This document shows positions 50,517-58,467 of a DNA stretch of 64,000 nucleotides, in pieces. A program made the translations under genes and the position numbers. Each line of letters opens with the position of its first letter. Within the stretch, counting starts at the first letter, position 1. The notes below the pieces were generated by a model. It did no database searches and had not been told where the DNA came from. It saw only the letters and a program-made list of their open reading frames with translations. Location of the stretch: NCBI GenBank assembly GCA_049324835.1, contig JBMOMT010000060.1, positions 126,517 through 190,516 on the forward strand, given 5' to 3'. This DNA is from Chloroflexota bacterium. GTDB taxonomy: Bacteria; Chloroflexota; Anaerolineae; CAYNKW01.

Positions 50517-50783
50517 TCAGCTCAGCGCTCGAATTTCTCCCACTTCCCGCACGTCCACCGGCACCCCTTCCAGTTCGGCAGGGATGAGATCGGCGCCTCC
50601 GATCTCGTTTTGGGGAAGTTTGTGTTTGACCGATACCACGATGGCTATCTCGTCGGTCAATTGTTGATTTTTCTCCTTGAATCCGATGCCCACACCCACG
50701 ACATTTCTTTTGCCCAGTAAGGCAGCCTGGTGCCGGCTCATCACCTGTCGGATCCAGTCCAGGTCGATCTTGGAAACCATCAT
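50517..50783 (-). CDS. small protein paralogous to the N-terminal (pro-like) domain of the adjacent S1 protease
   Basis: NVVGVGIGFKEKNQQLTDEIAIVVSVKHKLPQNEIGGADLIPAELEGVPVDVREVGEIRAL aligns at about 45 percent identity to protease residues about 28-95 (NVVACGVGFKESQGIVTDEPCVVVGVTKKVPQAQLTAQDLIPKVIAQDVKSDVVEVGQIRAF). RBS GAGGAGG. Confidence 0.6.
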   Translation of the reverse strand: MMVSKIDLDWIRQVMSRHQAALLGKRNVVGVGIGFKEKNQQLTDEIAIVVSVKHKLPQNEIGGADLIPAELEGVPVDVREVGEIRALS

Positions 50784-50827
50784 CCACCTCCTCGCCTCCG
50801 AAGGCCAAAACCGGAGGCCCGGGCTCC

Positions 50828-50870
50828 ATTATAGCACAGATTTGACAGCCTCACAAGGCTTTGCTATACT
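50828..50870. promoter_or_regulatory. face-to-face overlapping divergent promoters: minus TTGTGA-17-TGCTATAAT (small protein/protease operon) and plus TTGACA-17-TATACT (CooC-like gene)
   Basis: Minus-strand -10 equals plus ATTATA at 50828-50833 with TGC extension; -35 equals plus TCACAA at 50851-50856. Plus-strand -35 TTGACA at 50842-50847 and -10 TATACT at 50865-50870. The elements interdigitate. Confidence 0.5.
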
Positions 50871-50922
50871 TTGCCGCGCTGTGTGGCGTGACACACCGCG
50901 CCGAGTGAATCACACCTGTTGG

Positions 50923-51732
50923 ATGGAGGGTATTGTGGCAATAACCATCGCGGTAGCTGGCAAGGGTGGGGTGGGCAAAACGCTCATCTCGGCTCTGCTC
51001 ATCAACCATCTGGCACGCCGGCGCAATGGCCCGGTGCTGGCCATCGACGCCGATCCCAGCACCAATTTGCACCTGGCGTTGGGCGTCAAGGTCAACTTTG
51101 ACCAACTGGAAACGGTCGGCGGCATCCGCGAAGAGACGGCTGTCGATGTGCAGGGCGGCAGCAACCTGGGCGGCATGAGTAAACCCGATTATTTCGACCT
51201 GCGCATCCAGCAGGCCATCTGGGAAGAGGACGATTTTGATCTGCTGGCTATGGGTCGCCCGGAGGGGCCGGGTTGTTACTGCGCCGCCAACAACATGCTG
51301 CGTATCTCCATCGACCGGCTCTCGGCCTCTTATCGTTACCTGGTCATCGACAACGAGGCTGGGTTGGAGCACCTCAGCCGCCGCACCACGCGTGATGTGG
51401 ACGTGCTGCTCATCGTGGCCGATGCGTCTATGCGCAGCATTCTGACTGCCGGCGGCGTGGCCAGGCTGATCGACGAGTTGCGCACCCACGTGGGGGCCAA
51501 ATATCTCATCGTCAACCGTGTGCCCACAGACGAAAACGGCCAGCCCAAACTGCCGGAAGCGTTGCGTCAGGGCATCGAAGCGCAGGGCCTTCGACTGGCC
51601 GGCATGATCCCCATGGACCCTGTGGTGGCCGAGTTCGACGCGCTGGGCAAACCGGTGGGGGATATCCCCAGCACGTCACCGACTCGCCGCGCTTTTGATC
51701 GTATCCTGGCCGCGATCCCCGAGCTGAATTGA
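50923..51732 (+). CDS. CooC/AcsF-like P-loop ATPase (MinD/ParA superfamily nickel-insertion accessory protein type)
   Basis: Deviant Walker A AVAGKGGVGKT and the CooC-type block GLEHLSRRTTRDVDVLLIVADASMRS. The start is probably GTG 50936 (RBS GGAGGG at 50926-50931) or ATG 50923. The track ORF from 50677 is over-extended. Confidence 0.65.
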   Translation: MEGIVAITIAVAGKGGVGKTLISALLINHLARRRNGPVLAIDADPSTNLHLALGVKVNFDQLETVGGIREETAVDVQGGSNLGGMSKPDYFDLRIQQAIWEEDDFDLLAMGRPEGPGCYCAANNMLRISIDRLSASYRYLVIDNEAGLEHLSRRTTRDVDVLLIVADASMRSILTAGGVARLIDELRTHVGAKYLIVNRVPTDENGQPKLPEALRQGIEAQGLRLAGMIPMDPVVAEFDALGKPVGDIPSTSPTRRAFDRILAAIPELN

Positions 51733-51744
51733 CCCTGGCCTATC

Positions 51745-51782
51745 AAAAAGCCAGCGGGCTTCTGTCCGCTGGCTTTTTTTGT
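51745..51782. terminator. bidirectional rho-independent terminator (AAAAAGCCAGCGG-loop-CCGCTGGCTTTTTTT)
   Basis: 10-bp stem at 51748-51757 and 51766-51775, with an A-run on one side and a T-run on the other. Between the convergent CooC-like (+) and REC-GAF (-) genes. Confidence 0.7.
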
Positions 51783-51784
51783 TG

Positions 51785-52945
51785 TCAGGCTTGCGCCGGG
51801 GGTTTGGGTTCGAGGTTTTGGGCCAGTTGATCGGCCTCGGCAGCCAGCGCGCGCAGTTGCCTGGCCAGTTGGGCAGCCCGGCTGTGGCAGGCGTTCAGCT
51901 CGGCCTCGGTGATCCAGGGCTGTGGCGGCGCCTCTTTTGCCGGAGCGGGAGGGGCGCTGGCTGCCGGCTGATCTTCCAGCAACCGGGCCAGCTTTTCGGC
52001 GCGCTCCTGCGCCTGGCGGTAGAGACGGGCGTTCTCGATGGCCACGGCAGCATATTCGGCCAGCGTGCACAATTGGCGGCTGTGTTCCTCGGTGAATTCG
52101 GTGCGCTTGACGATGTTATCCACCGAGAGCACACCGATGACTTCTTTTATGCCTTTGATGGGCACGGCCAGCATCGACTTGGTGAGGTGGCCCGTTTTGA
52201 GTTTGTGGCGCGCATCGCCGCTGGGCGGCGGCTTGAGGATGACCGGCTTGCCGGTTTTTACCACCTGGCCGGTGAGGCTATCCTCTACCTTGAGGCGAAA
52301 CCCCTTGGCGTGTTTGTCGCCATAACTCCAGGCCGAGCGCAGATAAAGCTCGCCCGTGGGTGAGTCCAGTAGCATCAAGTAACCTTCTTCGGCTTTGGAG
52401 AGATACACCGCCGCTTCCACGATGCGCGATAGCAGTTGTTCCAGGTCGAGCAGCGAGGTGACAGCTTTGCCGATGTCGAGGATGGTGCTCAATTCGGTCA
52501 GTCGACGCTCCAACACCTGTTGGGGGGCATCGGCGGGGGTAGGGCCAGGTGCAACAGGCGGTGTGGCCTTTGGCGCCTGCCGGGCCAGCGCCCGCTCCAC
52601 AGCTCCTAGAATCTCTTCCACGGTGAACGGCTTGATGATATAGTCGGTGGCGCCAGCGCGAAAAGCTTCGATGGCGGTGCGCTCAGAACCGTGAAAGGTG
52701 GTGAGAATGACGGGCGTATCGTAGCCCCGTTCGCGCAACGCCTGGATCATTTCGTCGCCGTTCATCTTGGGCATCTTGCGGTCGGTGATGATCAGATCCG
52801 GTTTTTCTTCCAGCGCCCGCTGCAGGCCCTTTTCACCGTCTCTGGCGGTGATGACTTCGTAACCCTGAGGGATCAGAATGTCGCCGGCCAAAAACTGGAT
52901 GTTCTCGCGCCGATCGTCTACGACGAGAATTTTTGCCCCTGCCAT
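51785..52945 (-). CDS. response regulator with receiver + GAF domains and C-terminal coiled coil (no DNA-binding domain)
   Basis: REC domain ILVVDDRRENIQFLAGDILIPQGYEVITARDGEKGLQ...DLIITDRKMPKMNG, then a GAF-like domain (GELYLRSAWSYGDKH...LAVPIKGIKEVIGVLSVD). Start at internal ATG 52943-52945. Confidence 0.75.
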   Translation of the reverse strand: MAGAKILVVDDRRENIQFLAGDILIPQGYEVITARDGEKGLQRALEEKPDLIITDRKMPKMNGDEMIQALRERGYDTPVILTTFHGSERTAIEAFRAGATDYIIKPFTVEEILGAVERALARQAPKATPPVAPGPTPADAPQQVLERRLTELSTILDIGKAVTSLLDLEQLLSRIVEAAVYLSKAEEGYLMLLDSPTGELYLRSAWSYGDKHAKGFRLKVEDSLTGQVVKTGKPVILKPPPSGDARHKLKTGHLTKSMLAVPIKGIKEVIGVLSVDNIVKRTEFTEEHSRQLCTLAEYAAVAIENARLYRQAQERAEKLARLLEDQPAASAPPAPAKEAPPQPWITEAELNACHSRAAQLARQLRALAAEADQLAQNLEPKPPAQA

Positions 52946-52979
52946 GCCACCACCCCTTTCCGAACCCGATCCTGCCATC

Positions 52980-54734
52980 TTATGGCTGTATGGCTGCCGC
53001 TCGCTGGCGGTAAATGGCCAACATGCGTTGAACGCGTTCGGGCGCCAGAGGGCCTCTCATGCTGGGTGTGTCAAAGAACCTCTGGGGGATTGGAACCTGG
53101 GTGGGATCGTAACCCAAACGACGTTTGATATCCAGCCGCAGCGCATAGATCTTGCGGCCTAACTCATCCAGTTGCGCATCGCTCCAGGGCATGCCCACCG
53201 ACGCCAGGCACGCCTTGACGGTCTGGCGGTCGTAAACCTTGCGCGCAAAAAGACAGATCGATAACGAGGTGAGCATGGCCCGCTCTTGCTCTTCGGCGAT
53301 GAGCGCCTCGACTGTCTCTTCGTCGGTCAGATCGGCCGATTTCTGGTCGATGGCGTAACCGGCATTATCCAGGTGCGAGTGGCGCGCGCCGATGTGATGT
53401 CCTACCACGTTGGCGTAACCGGTGTGATAACCGGCCATGCCGTGCCCGCCACCCAACGCCACGGCAAAATCTTGCCCACCATAGTGCTGCGCCGCGTAGA
53501 GCGAACCACGGGCCAGCCAGCGGGCCAGATCGGTCTCACTCTCGGCGATGGCGCGCACGGCGTGGCGATAGGCCGGCGCGTCGCCAAAGCGCAGCTCGAC
53601 GCCCAACTCGGCGGCAGAGATGAGCCCGCGCTGCATGGCCTCGGTGGCCCAGGCCAGGGTGACGCCGGTCGAGATGGCGTCCATGCCGGCCACATCGGCC
53701 TCCTCGATGAGCATCAGCAGGTCTTGGCGCTCACCCACGCCCAACATCGAGCCCAGCGCATAGATCAATTCGTGGTCGTAGGGCACCAGCGACGAGTCAA
53801 AGTGATACCAGTCTGGCTCGCCGAAGGGCTGGCGCAGCAGCGCCACGTGGATGCAGCCGATCTGGCAGCCGGCGCAGGCGCGGGTGAACATCAGGTTCTC
53901 GCGGGCCAGGCTCTCGCCGCTGATGGCTTCTGCCCCCTCGAAACGGGTCGCCTGCAAGTTGCGTGTGGGCAGCGCGCCCAGCTCGTTGAGCGGCGCCACG
54001 TTCATCGGCGTGCCCAACTCGTGATATTTTTCCATGGCGTCGGTCTCTGTGACCTTGCGGTAGACCTCGGCGTAAACCTTGCGGTAACTCTGGGCCAGGT
54101 CACCCAGCGGAAAATGATGCGTGCCGATGGTGACGATGGCTTTGAGGTTTTTGGCCCCGAAAACTGCGCCCAGTCCCAACCGTCCAAAGTGACGGTAGGT
54201 CTCGACGTTGACGTTGGCAAAGCGCACCAATTTTTCGCCCGCCGGACCGATGCGGATGATACTGCGATGTCCTGGCGCCGTGTGCAGGCTGCGCAGGATG
54301 CGGCCTGCCTCCAGAGTGTCGGTGCCCCAGATCACACCTGCGTCGCGCACCTCGACGCGGTTGTCGTGGATGAGCAGGTAGCTGGGATGCTCCGCTTTGC
54401 CGGTGACCACCAGTGCGTCGTAGCCGGCGTGGCTCAGGGCGTAAGCGATGCGTCCACCGGCGTGGCTCTCGCCATACTCGCCTGTCAGCGGCGAGCGAAA
54501 GGTAGCGGCGGCCTTGGTGATCACCGGAAAGATGGTGGAAAGCGGCCCGATGGCGATGATCATGGGTTGCGCCGGGTCGAAAACATCCCTCTCGGTCTGG
54601 ATGGTCTCGGCGAGCAACTTGACCGCCACACCCGAACCACCCATGTACGCCACCAGGTCCTGGCGCTGTTGCACGTCCACCCGCCGGCTGGAGAGATCGA
54701 TATACAGAACCCGGATGTAGTCTTTACCCAACAT
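52980..54734 (-). CDS. aldehyde:ferredoxin oxidoreductase family (tungsten/molybdopterin AOR-type) enzyme
   Basis: N-terminal AOR domain MLGKDYIRVLYIDLSSRRVDVQQRQDLVAYMGGSGVAVKLLAE plus the 4Fe-4S/pterin-binding central and C-terminal domains. 584 aa. Confidence 0.8.
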   Translation of the reverse strand: MLGKDYIRVLYIDLSSRRVDVQQRQDLVAYMGGSGVAVKLLAETIQTERDVFDPAQPMIIAIGPLSTIFPVITKAAATFRSPLTGEYGESHAGGRIAYALSHAGYDALVVTGKAEHPSYLLIHDNRVEVRDAGVIWGTDTLEAGRILRSLHTAPGHRSIIRIGPAGEKLVRFANVNVETYRHFGRLGLGAVFGAKNLKAIVTIGTHHFPLGDLAQSYRKVYAEVYRKVTETDAMEKYHELGTPMNVAPLNELGALPTRNLQATRFEGAEAISGESLARENLMFTRACAGCQIGCIHVALLRQPFGEPDWYHFDSSLVPYDHELIYALGSMLGVGERQDLLMLIEEADVAGMDAISTGVTLAWATEAMQRGLISAAELGVELRFGDAPAYRHAVRAIAESETDLARWLARGSLYAAQHYGGQDFAVALGGGHGMAGYHTGYANVVGHHIGARHSHLDNAGYAIDQKSADLTDEETVEALIAEEQERAMLTSLSICLFARKVYDRQTVKACLASVGMPWSDAQLDELGRKIYALRLDIKRRLGYDPTQVPIPQRFFDTPSMRGPLAPERVQRMLAIYRQRAAAIQP

Positions 54735-55176
54735 GACTGTGCTCGCTGAACCATTGGGGCAGTTCGGCCACGTCTACCATCTCCAGGCAATCGTGGGGGC
54801 AAAACTTGACGCATTGGCCGCAAAACACACACACGATAGGCCGCTCGGCCTCGCCATCCCAACCGATGACCTTCACCGGACAGGCCTCGACGCACAACTC
54901 GCAGCCGATGCATTTGTTCTTGAAGAATTTCATGCCTCGCCCGCCCTCACGGGTGACGAGCGCCCCGGTGGGGCAGGCCACCACACATGGCACCGGCTCT
55001 GGGCAGGCGCGGCAGATATCGGCCACCAGCCGACCGTTCATGCCGCCGACGGTGCGAATCTGAATGGCGCTCTTGTGGGGTGAAAAATCGCCGTAAACCA
55101 TGCGGGCACAGGCCAACATGCAAGAATAACAGCCGATGCAACGGCCCATACCAGGATCGGTCAGTACCTTGGGCAC
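54724..55176 (-). CDS. 2x[4Fe-4S] ferredoxin-domain protein (AOR electron-transfer partner)
   Basis: Cys clusters CIGCYSCMLAC...CRACPEPVPCVVACP and CIGCELCVEACP...CVFCGQCVKFCP. Start at GTG 55174-55176 (RBS GAGGAGA 7 nt upstream) or ATG 55149. The 307-aa track ORF is an Arg-rich over-extension into the activase gene. Overlaps the AOR start by 11 nt. Confidence 0.7.
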   Translation of the reverse strand: MPKVLTDPGMGRCIGCYSCMLACARMVYGDFSPHKSAIQIRTVGGMNGRLVADICRACPEPVPCVVACPTGALVTREGGRGMKFFKNKCIGCELCVEACPVKVIGWDGEAERPIVCVFCGQCVKFCPHDCLEMVDVAELPQWFSEHSHVG

Positions 55177-55227
55177 AGTGGGGTCTCCTCGACAGGCAAA
55201 ACGTGTTTCATACCTGGCACTCGGGGC

Positions 55228-55260
55228 ATTATACCACAAAGCCCTCAGGCCTCCAACTCT
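55228..55260 (-). promoter_or_regulatory. putative internal promoter with extended -10 (TGGTATAAT on the minus strand) in the activase-ferredoxin gap
   Basis: Minus strand reads ...AGTTGGAGGCCTGAGGGCTTTGTGGTATAATGCC. The -10 is plus 55228-55233 with TGG at 55234-55236. Weak -35 (TTGGAG). About 45 nt upstream of the ferredoxin start. Confidence 0.35.
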
Positions 55261-56018
55261 TGGGCAATGAGTGCCGCGCCAATGGCGCCGGTGATCTGGG
55301 CCTGCGGCAGTACCAGGATAGTATGGCCCAGTTTTTCCTCCAGTAAACGCACCACACCAACGTTGCGGGCCACACCGCCGGTCATCAGCACCTGATGCCG
55401 CACAGTGATGCGACCCACCATGCCGCTGACGCGCGCGGCGATGGCCTCGTGAATGCCGGCGATGATGACATCTTTGGGCTGACCGGCAGCGATGTGCGAG
55501 ATGACTTCCGATTCGGCAAAGACGGTGCAGGTGCTGCTGATCTGCGCCCGCCGTGGTGCAGCCAGGCTCAGCTCGCCGAACCGATCCAGGTCTTCTTCCA
55601 GTGCGCGGGCCATCACTTCCAGAAAGCGACCCGTTCCGGCGGCGCATTTGTCGTTCATCACGAAATCCAGCACCCGACCCTGACCGTCGATGGCGATACC
55701 CTTACTATCCTGACCGCCCACGTCGATGACGGTGCGCGCCTGCGGGTGCAGCCAATGAGCGCCGCGGGCGTGGCAGGTGATCTCGGTGATTTGTCTATCG
55801 GCGCCTGGAACGCGCACGCGGCCATAGCCGGTGGATACCAGGCGGCTGATGGCCTGCCGGGGCAGAGCGGCTGTGTTCAGGGCCTCTGCCAGCACCCGTT
55901 GGGCTGTCTCGGCGCTGTTGTAACCGGAAAAGCCAATGGCCGAGGCCACGATCTGTCCGTCACCGATGATCACGGCCTTGGTGGTGATCGAGCCCAGGTC
56001 TATACCGGCAAAAAACAT
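55245..56018 (-). CDS. BadF/BadG/BcrA/BcrD-type ATPase: CoA-substrate-specific enzyme activase (HgdC-like)
   Basis: MFFAGIDLGSITTKAVIIGDGQIV (ASKHA-fold phosphate-1 motif), about 255 aa, helix-cluster Cys region. Start at internal ATG 56016-56018. Confidence 0.7.
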   Translation of the reverse strand: MFFAGIDLGSITTKAVIIGDGQIVASAIGFSGYNSAETAQRVLAEALNTAALPRQAISRLVSTGYGRVRVPGADRQITEITCHARGAHWLHPQARTVIDVGGQDSKGIAIDGQGRVLDFVMNDKCAAGTGRFLEVMARALEEDLDRFGELSLAAPRRAQISSTCTVFAESEVISHIAAGQPKDVIIAGIHEAIAARVSGMVGRITVRHQVLMTGGVARNVGVVRLLEEKLGHTILVLPQAQITGAIGAALIAQELEA

Positions 56019-56168
56019 CGGCCACCTTTCACGCACAGGGTCGGGTCATACTATAGCACAACTCAAAAGATATAGCAATCGTTGTCGTTCGTGGGGTGCA
56101 ATTTGACGAAAATGCCAATATGCACTACAATTGCTCACCACATTCCAGACCCAGCGGAAAAAGAGACG

Positions 56169-57497
56169 ATGTTTGAGAGCCTGACGGAAAAACTTCAGGG
56201 AGTATTTGACCGGCTCGGCAAGCGAGGTAAGCTTGGCGAGGCCGACGTTGACGCGGCTTTGCGTGAAGTTCGGCTGGCGCTGTTGGAAGCAGACGTCAAC
56301 TTTAAGGTGGTCAGGGATTTCATCAAACGGGTCAAAGAGCGGGCGGTGGGCCAGGAAGTGATGCGTAGCCTCACCCCGGCCCAACAGGTGATCAAGATCG
56401 TCCATGAAGAGCTCATTGCCACGCTGGGTGAGCCGGCCCGTCTCGATTTTTCCGGGCCGACACCGCACGTGATCATGTTGGTGGGTTTGCAGGGCTCCGG
56501 CAAGACGACTATGACCGCCAAGCTGGGGGTCAGGCTGCGTAAGGCCGGTCGGCGGCCGCTGCTGGTGGCTGCCGATACCTACCGCCCGGCAGCGGTGACC
56601 CAACTGGAGGTGCTGGGCAAGCAGGTGGATGTGCCGGTGCATAGTGAGGGCGCCGGCCCGCCGCCGCCTCAGATCTGCGTCAACGCGGTCAAACGCGCCC
56701 GTGAGGCGGCCTATTCCGTGGTGCTGTTAGACACCGCCGGCCGGCTGCACGTCGACGACGAGATGATGCGCGAGCTGGAAGAGATCAAGGCGCGCACCAA
56801 ACCGCACGAAGTGCTGCTGGTGGCCGACGCCATGACCGGTCAGGATGCCGTGCGTGTGGCGGGCGAGTTCCACGAGCGGCTGGGCCTCACCGGCCTGATC
56901 CTCACCAAAGTGGATGGTGACGCCCGTGGGGGCGCGGCCATCTCGATGCGGGCCGTGACCGGTGTGCCGATCAAATTCCTGGGCGTGGGCGAAAAAACCG
57001 ATGCCCTGGAAGACTTTTTTCCGGATCGACTGGCCTCGCGCATTTTGGGCATGGGCGACGTGCTGACGCTCATCGAGAAAGCGCAGACCTCGCTGGATCA
57101 GGAACAGGCCGTGGGTATGGCCAAAAAGCTGGTCAAGGGTGAGTTCGATCTGGAAGATTTTTTGCAACAATTGCAGCAGATCAAAAAGATGGGGCCGATC
57201 AGTCAGTTGCTGGATATGATTCCGGGGCTTTCTCGCATGGCACAGAACGTGGCGCCAGAGGTCACCGACAAGCAGATGAAGACCATCGAGGCCATCATTA
57301 ACTCGATGACGCGAGAGGAGCGACACCATCCACGCATCATCAACGCCAGCCGCAAGCGACGCATATCCAGAGGCAGTGGTACCACAGTCCAGGAAGTGAA
57401 TGCCTTGCTGGCTCAGTTCCGGCAGACTCAGCGTCTGATGAAGCAACTGGGCAACCGCAAAGGCATGGGAGGGCTACTCTCCCAGTTGTTCCGTTAG
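56169..57497 (+). CDS. ffh: signal recognition particle protein Ffh
   Basis: MFESLTEKLQGVFDRL start, NG domain GLQGSGKTTMTAKL, DTAGRL, and Met-rich M domain. Start at internal ATG 56169. Confidence 0.93.
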   Translation: MFESLTEKLQGVFDRLGKRGKLGEADVDAALREVRLALLEADVNFKVVRDFIKRVKERAVGQEVMRSLTPAQQVIKIVHEELIATLGEPARLDFSGPTPHVIMLVGLQGSGKTTMTAKLGVRLRKAGRRPLLVAADTYRPAAVTQLEVLGKQVDVPVHSEGAGPPPPQICVNAVKRAREAAYSVVLLDTAGRLHVDDEMMRELEEIKARTKPHEVLLVADAMTGQDAVRVAGEFHERLGLTGLILTKVDGDARGGAAISMRAVTGVPIKFLGVGEKTDALEDFFPDRLASRILGMGDVLTLIEKAQTSLDQEQAVGMAKKLVKGEFDLEDFLQQLQQIKKMGPISQLLDMIPGLSRMAQNVAPEVTDKQMKTIEAIINSMTREERHHPRIINASRKRRISRGSGTTVQEVNALLAQFRQTQRLMKQLGNRKGMGGLLSQLFR

Positions 57498-57558
57498 CCA
57501 TCACCCAACCTGTCGATAGGAAAACGTCAGGAGTTTGAAAGGAGTTCGAAAGAGAAAC

Positions 57559-58017
57559 ATGGTTCGCATCAGACTGCGCCGCGTCGGCGCCAAGAAACAG
57601 GCTAGTTATCGTGTGGTGGTCGCCGACTCGCGCTCGCCCCGCGATGGGCGTTTCATTGAACGTGTGGGCTGGTACAACCCACGCACCGATCCACCCAGCT
57701 TCGAGATCGACGAAGGCCGAGTGTTACATTGGTTGTCATTGGGCGCCCAGGCCTCTGACGCAGTGATACGCTTGCTCAAAAAAGCGGGCACGCTGGAGAA
57801 ACTGGAGCGTGTCAGAACCGGGGCCACCATCGACGAGGTTCTGGCCAAAACGGCAGAAGCCGCACCAGGTGGTGCTGGGGCCCAGGTGTCTTTTCCCACA
57901 GAGGAAGAGATCGCAGCAGAGGAACCGGACGACGAGACTGAAGATGCAGGAGTATCCCTGGAAGCTGAAGAGGCTTTTGAGGATAGCGGGGGTGAGGAGG
58001 AGGACGAAACGGTCTAG
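57559..58017 (+). CDS. rpsP: 30S ribosomal protein S16 with acidic C-terminal extension
   Basis: MVRIRLRRVGAKKQASYRVVVADSRSPRDGRFIERVGWYNP. RBS GGAG at 57541-57544. Confidence 0.92.
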   Translation: MVRIRLRRVGAKKQASYRVVVADSRSPRDGRFIERVGWYNPRTDPPSFEIDEGRVLHWLSLGAQASDAVIRLLKKAGTLEKLERVRTGATIDEVLAKTAEAAPGGAGAQVSFPTEEEIAAEEPDDETEDAGVSLEAEEAFEDSGGEEEDETV

Positions 58018-58166
58018 TCCGCGGAGCGTCCCGCGCAGGCAGGCTGGAGAGAGTGGCAGCTTTCCGGGGCTTGTTACCGGCGCATACCTCTTCCTGAATG
58101 ACCATCATCTTTTGAGATTATCTCTCAAACCCGTCACACCTTCTCGAATCTGGAAAGGAGATCCAC

Positions 58167-58394
58167 ATGAAGGAACTGATCGAGTACATCGCCAAGTCTT
58201 TGGTAGACGATCCCTCCCAAGTCAAGGTCAACGAGATCGAGGGCTCCAACTCGGTCATCTTCGAGCTGAGCGTAGCGCCAGAAGACATGGGACGTGTCAT
58301 CGGCAAAAGCGGGCGTGTGGCCAATGCCATCCGAACGCTGCTCCGGGTGGCCGCGGCCCGACAGGGCAAACGCGTGACACTGGAGATCGTCTGA
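58167..58394 (+). CDS. KH-domain RNA-binding protein (YlqC/UPF0109)
   Basis: MKELIEYIAKSLVDDPSQVKVNEIEGSNSVIFELSVAPEDMGRVIGKSGRVANAIRTLL. RBS GGAAAGGAG. Confidence 0.85.
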   Translation: MKELIEYIAKSLVDDPSQVKVNEIEGSNSVIFELSVAPEDMGRVIGKSGRVANAIRTLLRVAAARQGKRVTLEIV

Positions 58395-58467
58395 CGTTCT
58401 CGATATGCCATGAGACAGATGGCGGGGGCCCAGTCGTGCCCCCGCTTCTGTTTGGAGCCACCGCGCC

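Noticed and set aside
53286-54749. 487-aa plus-strand ORF
   Set aside because: It is antisense to the AOR gene.
54724-55647. 307-aa ORF as called in the track
   Set aside because: Only the C-terminal 141-150 aa (4Fe-4S clusters) are credible. The N-terminal 160 aa is an Arg-rich read-through overlapping the activase gene, so the start was re-set to 55176.
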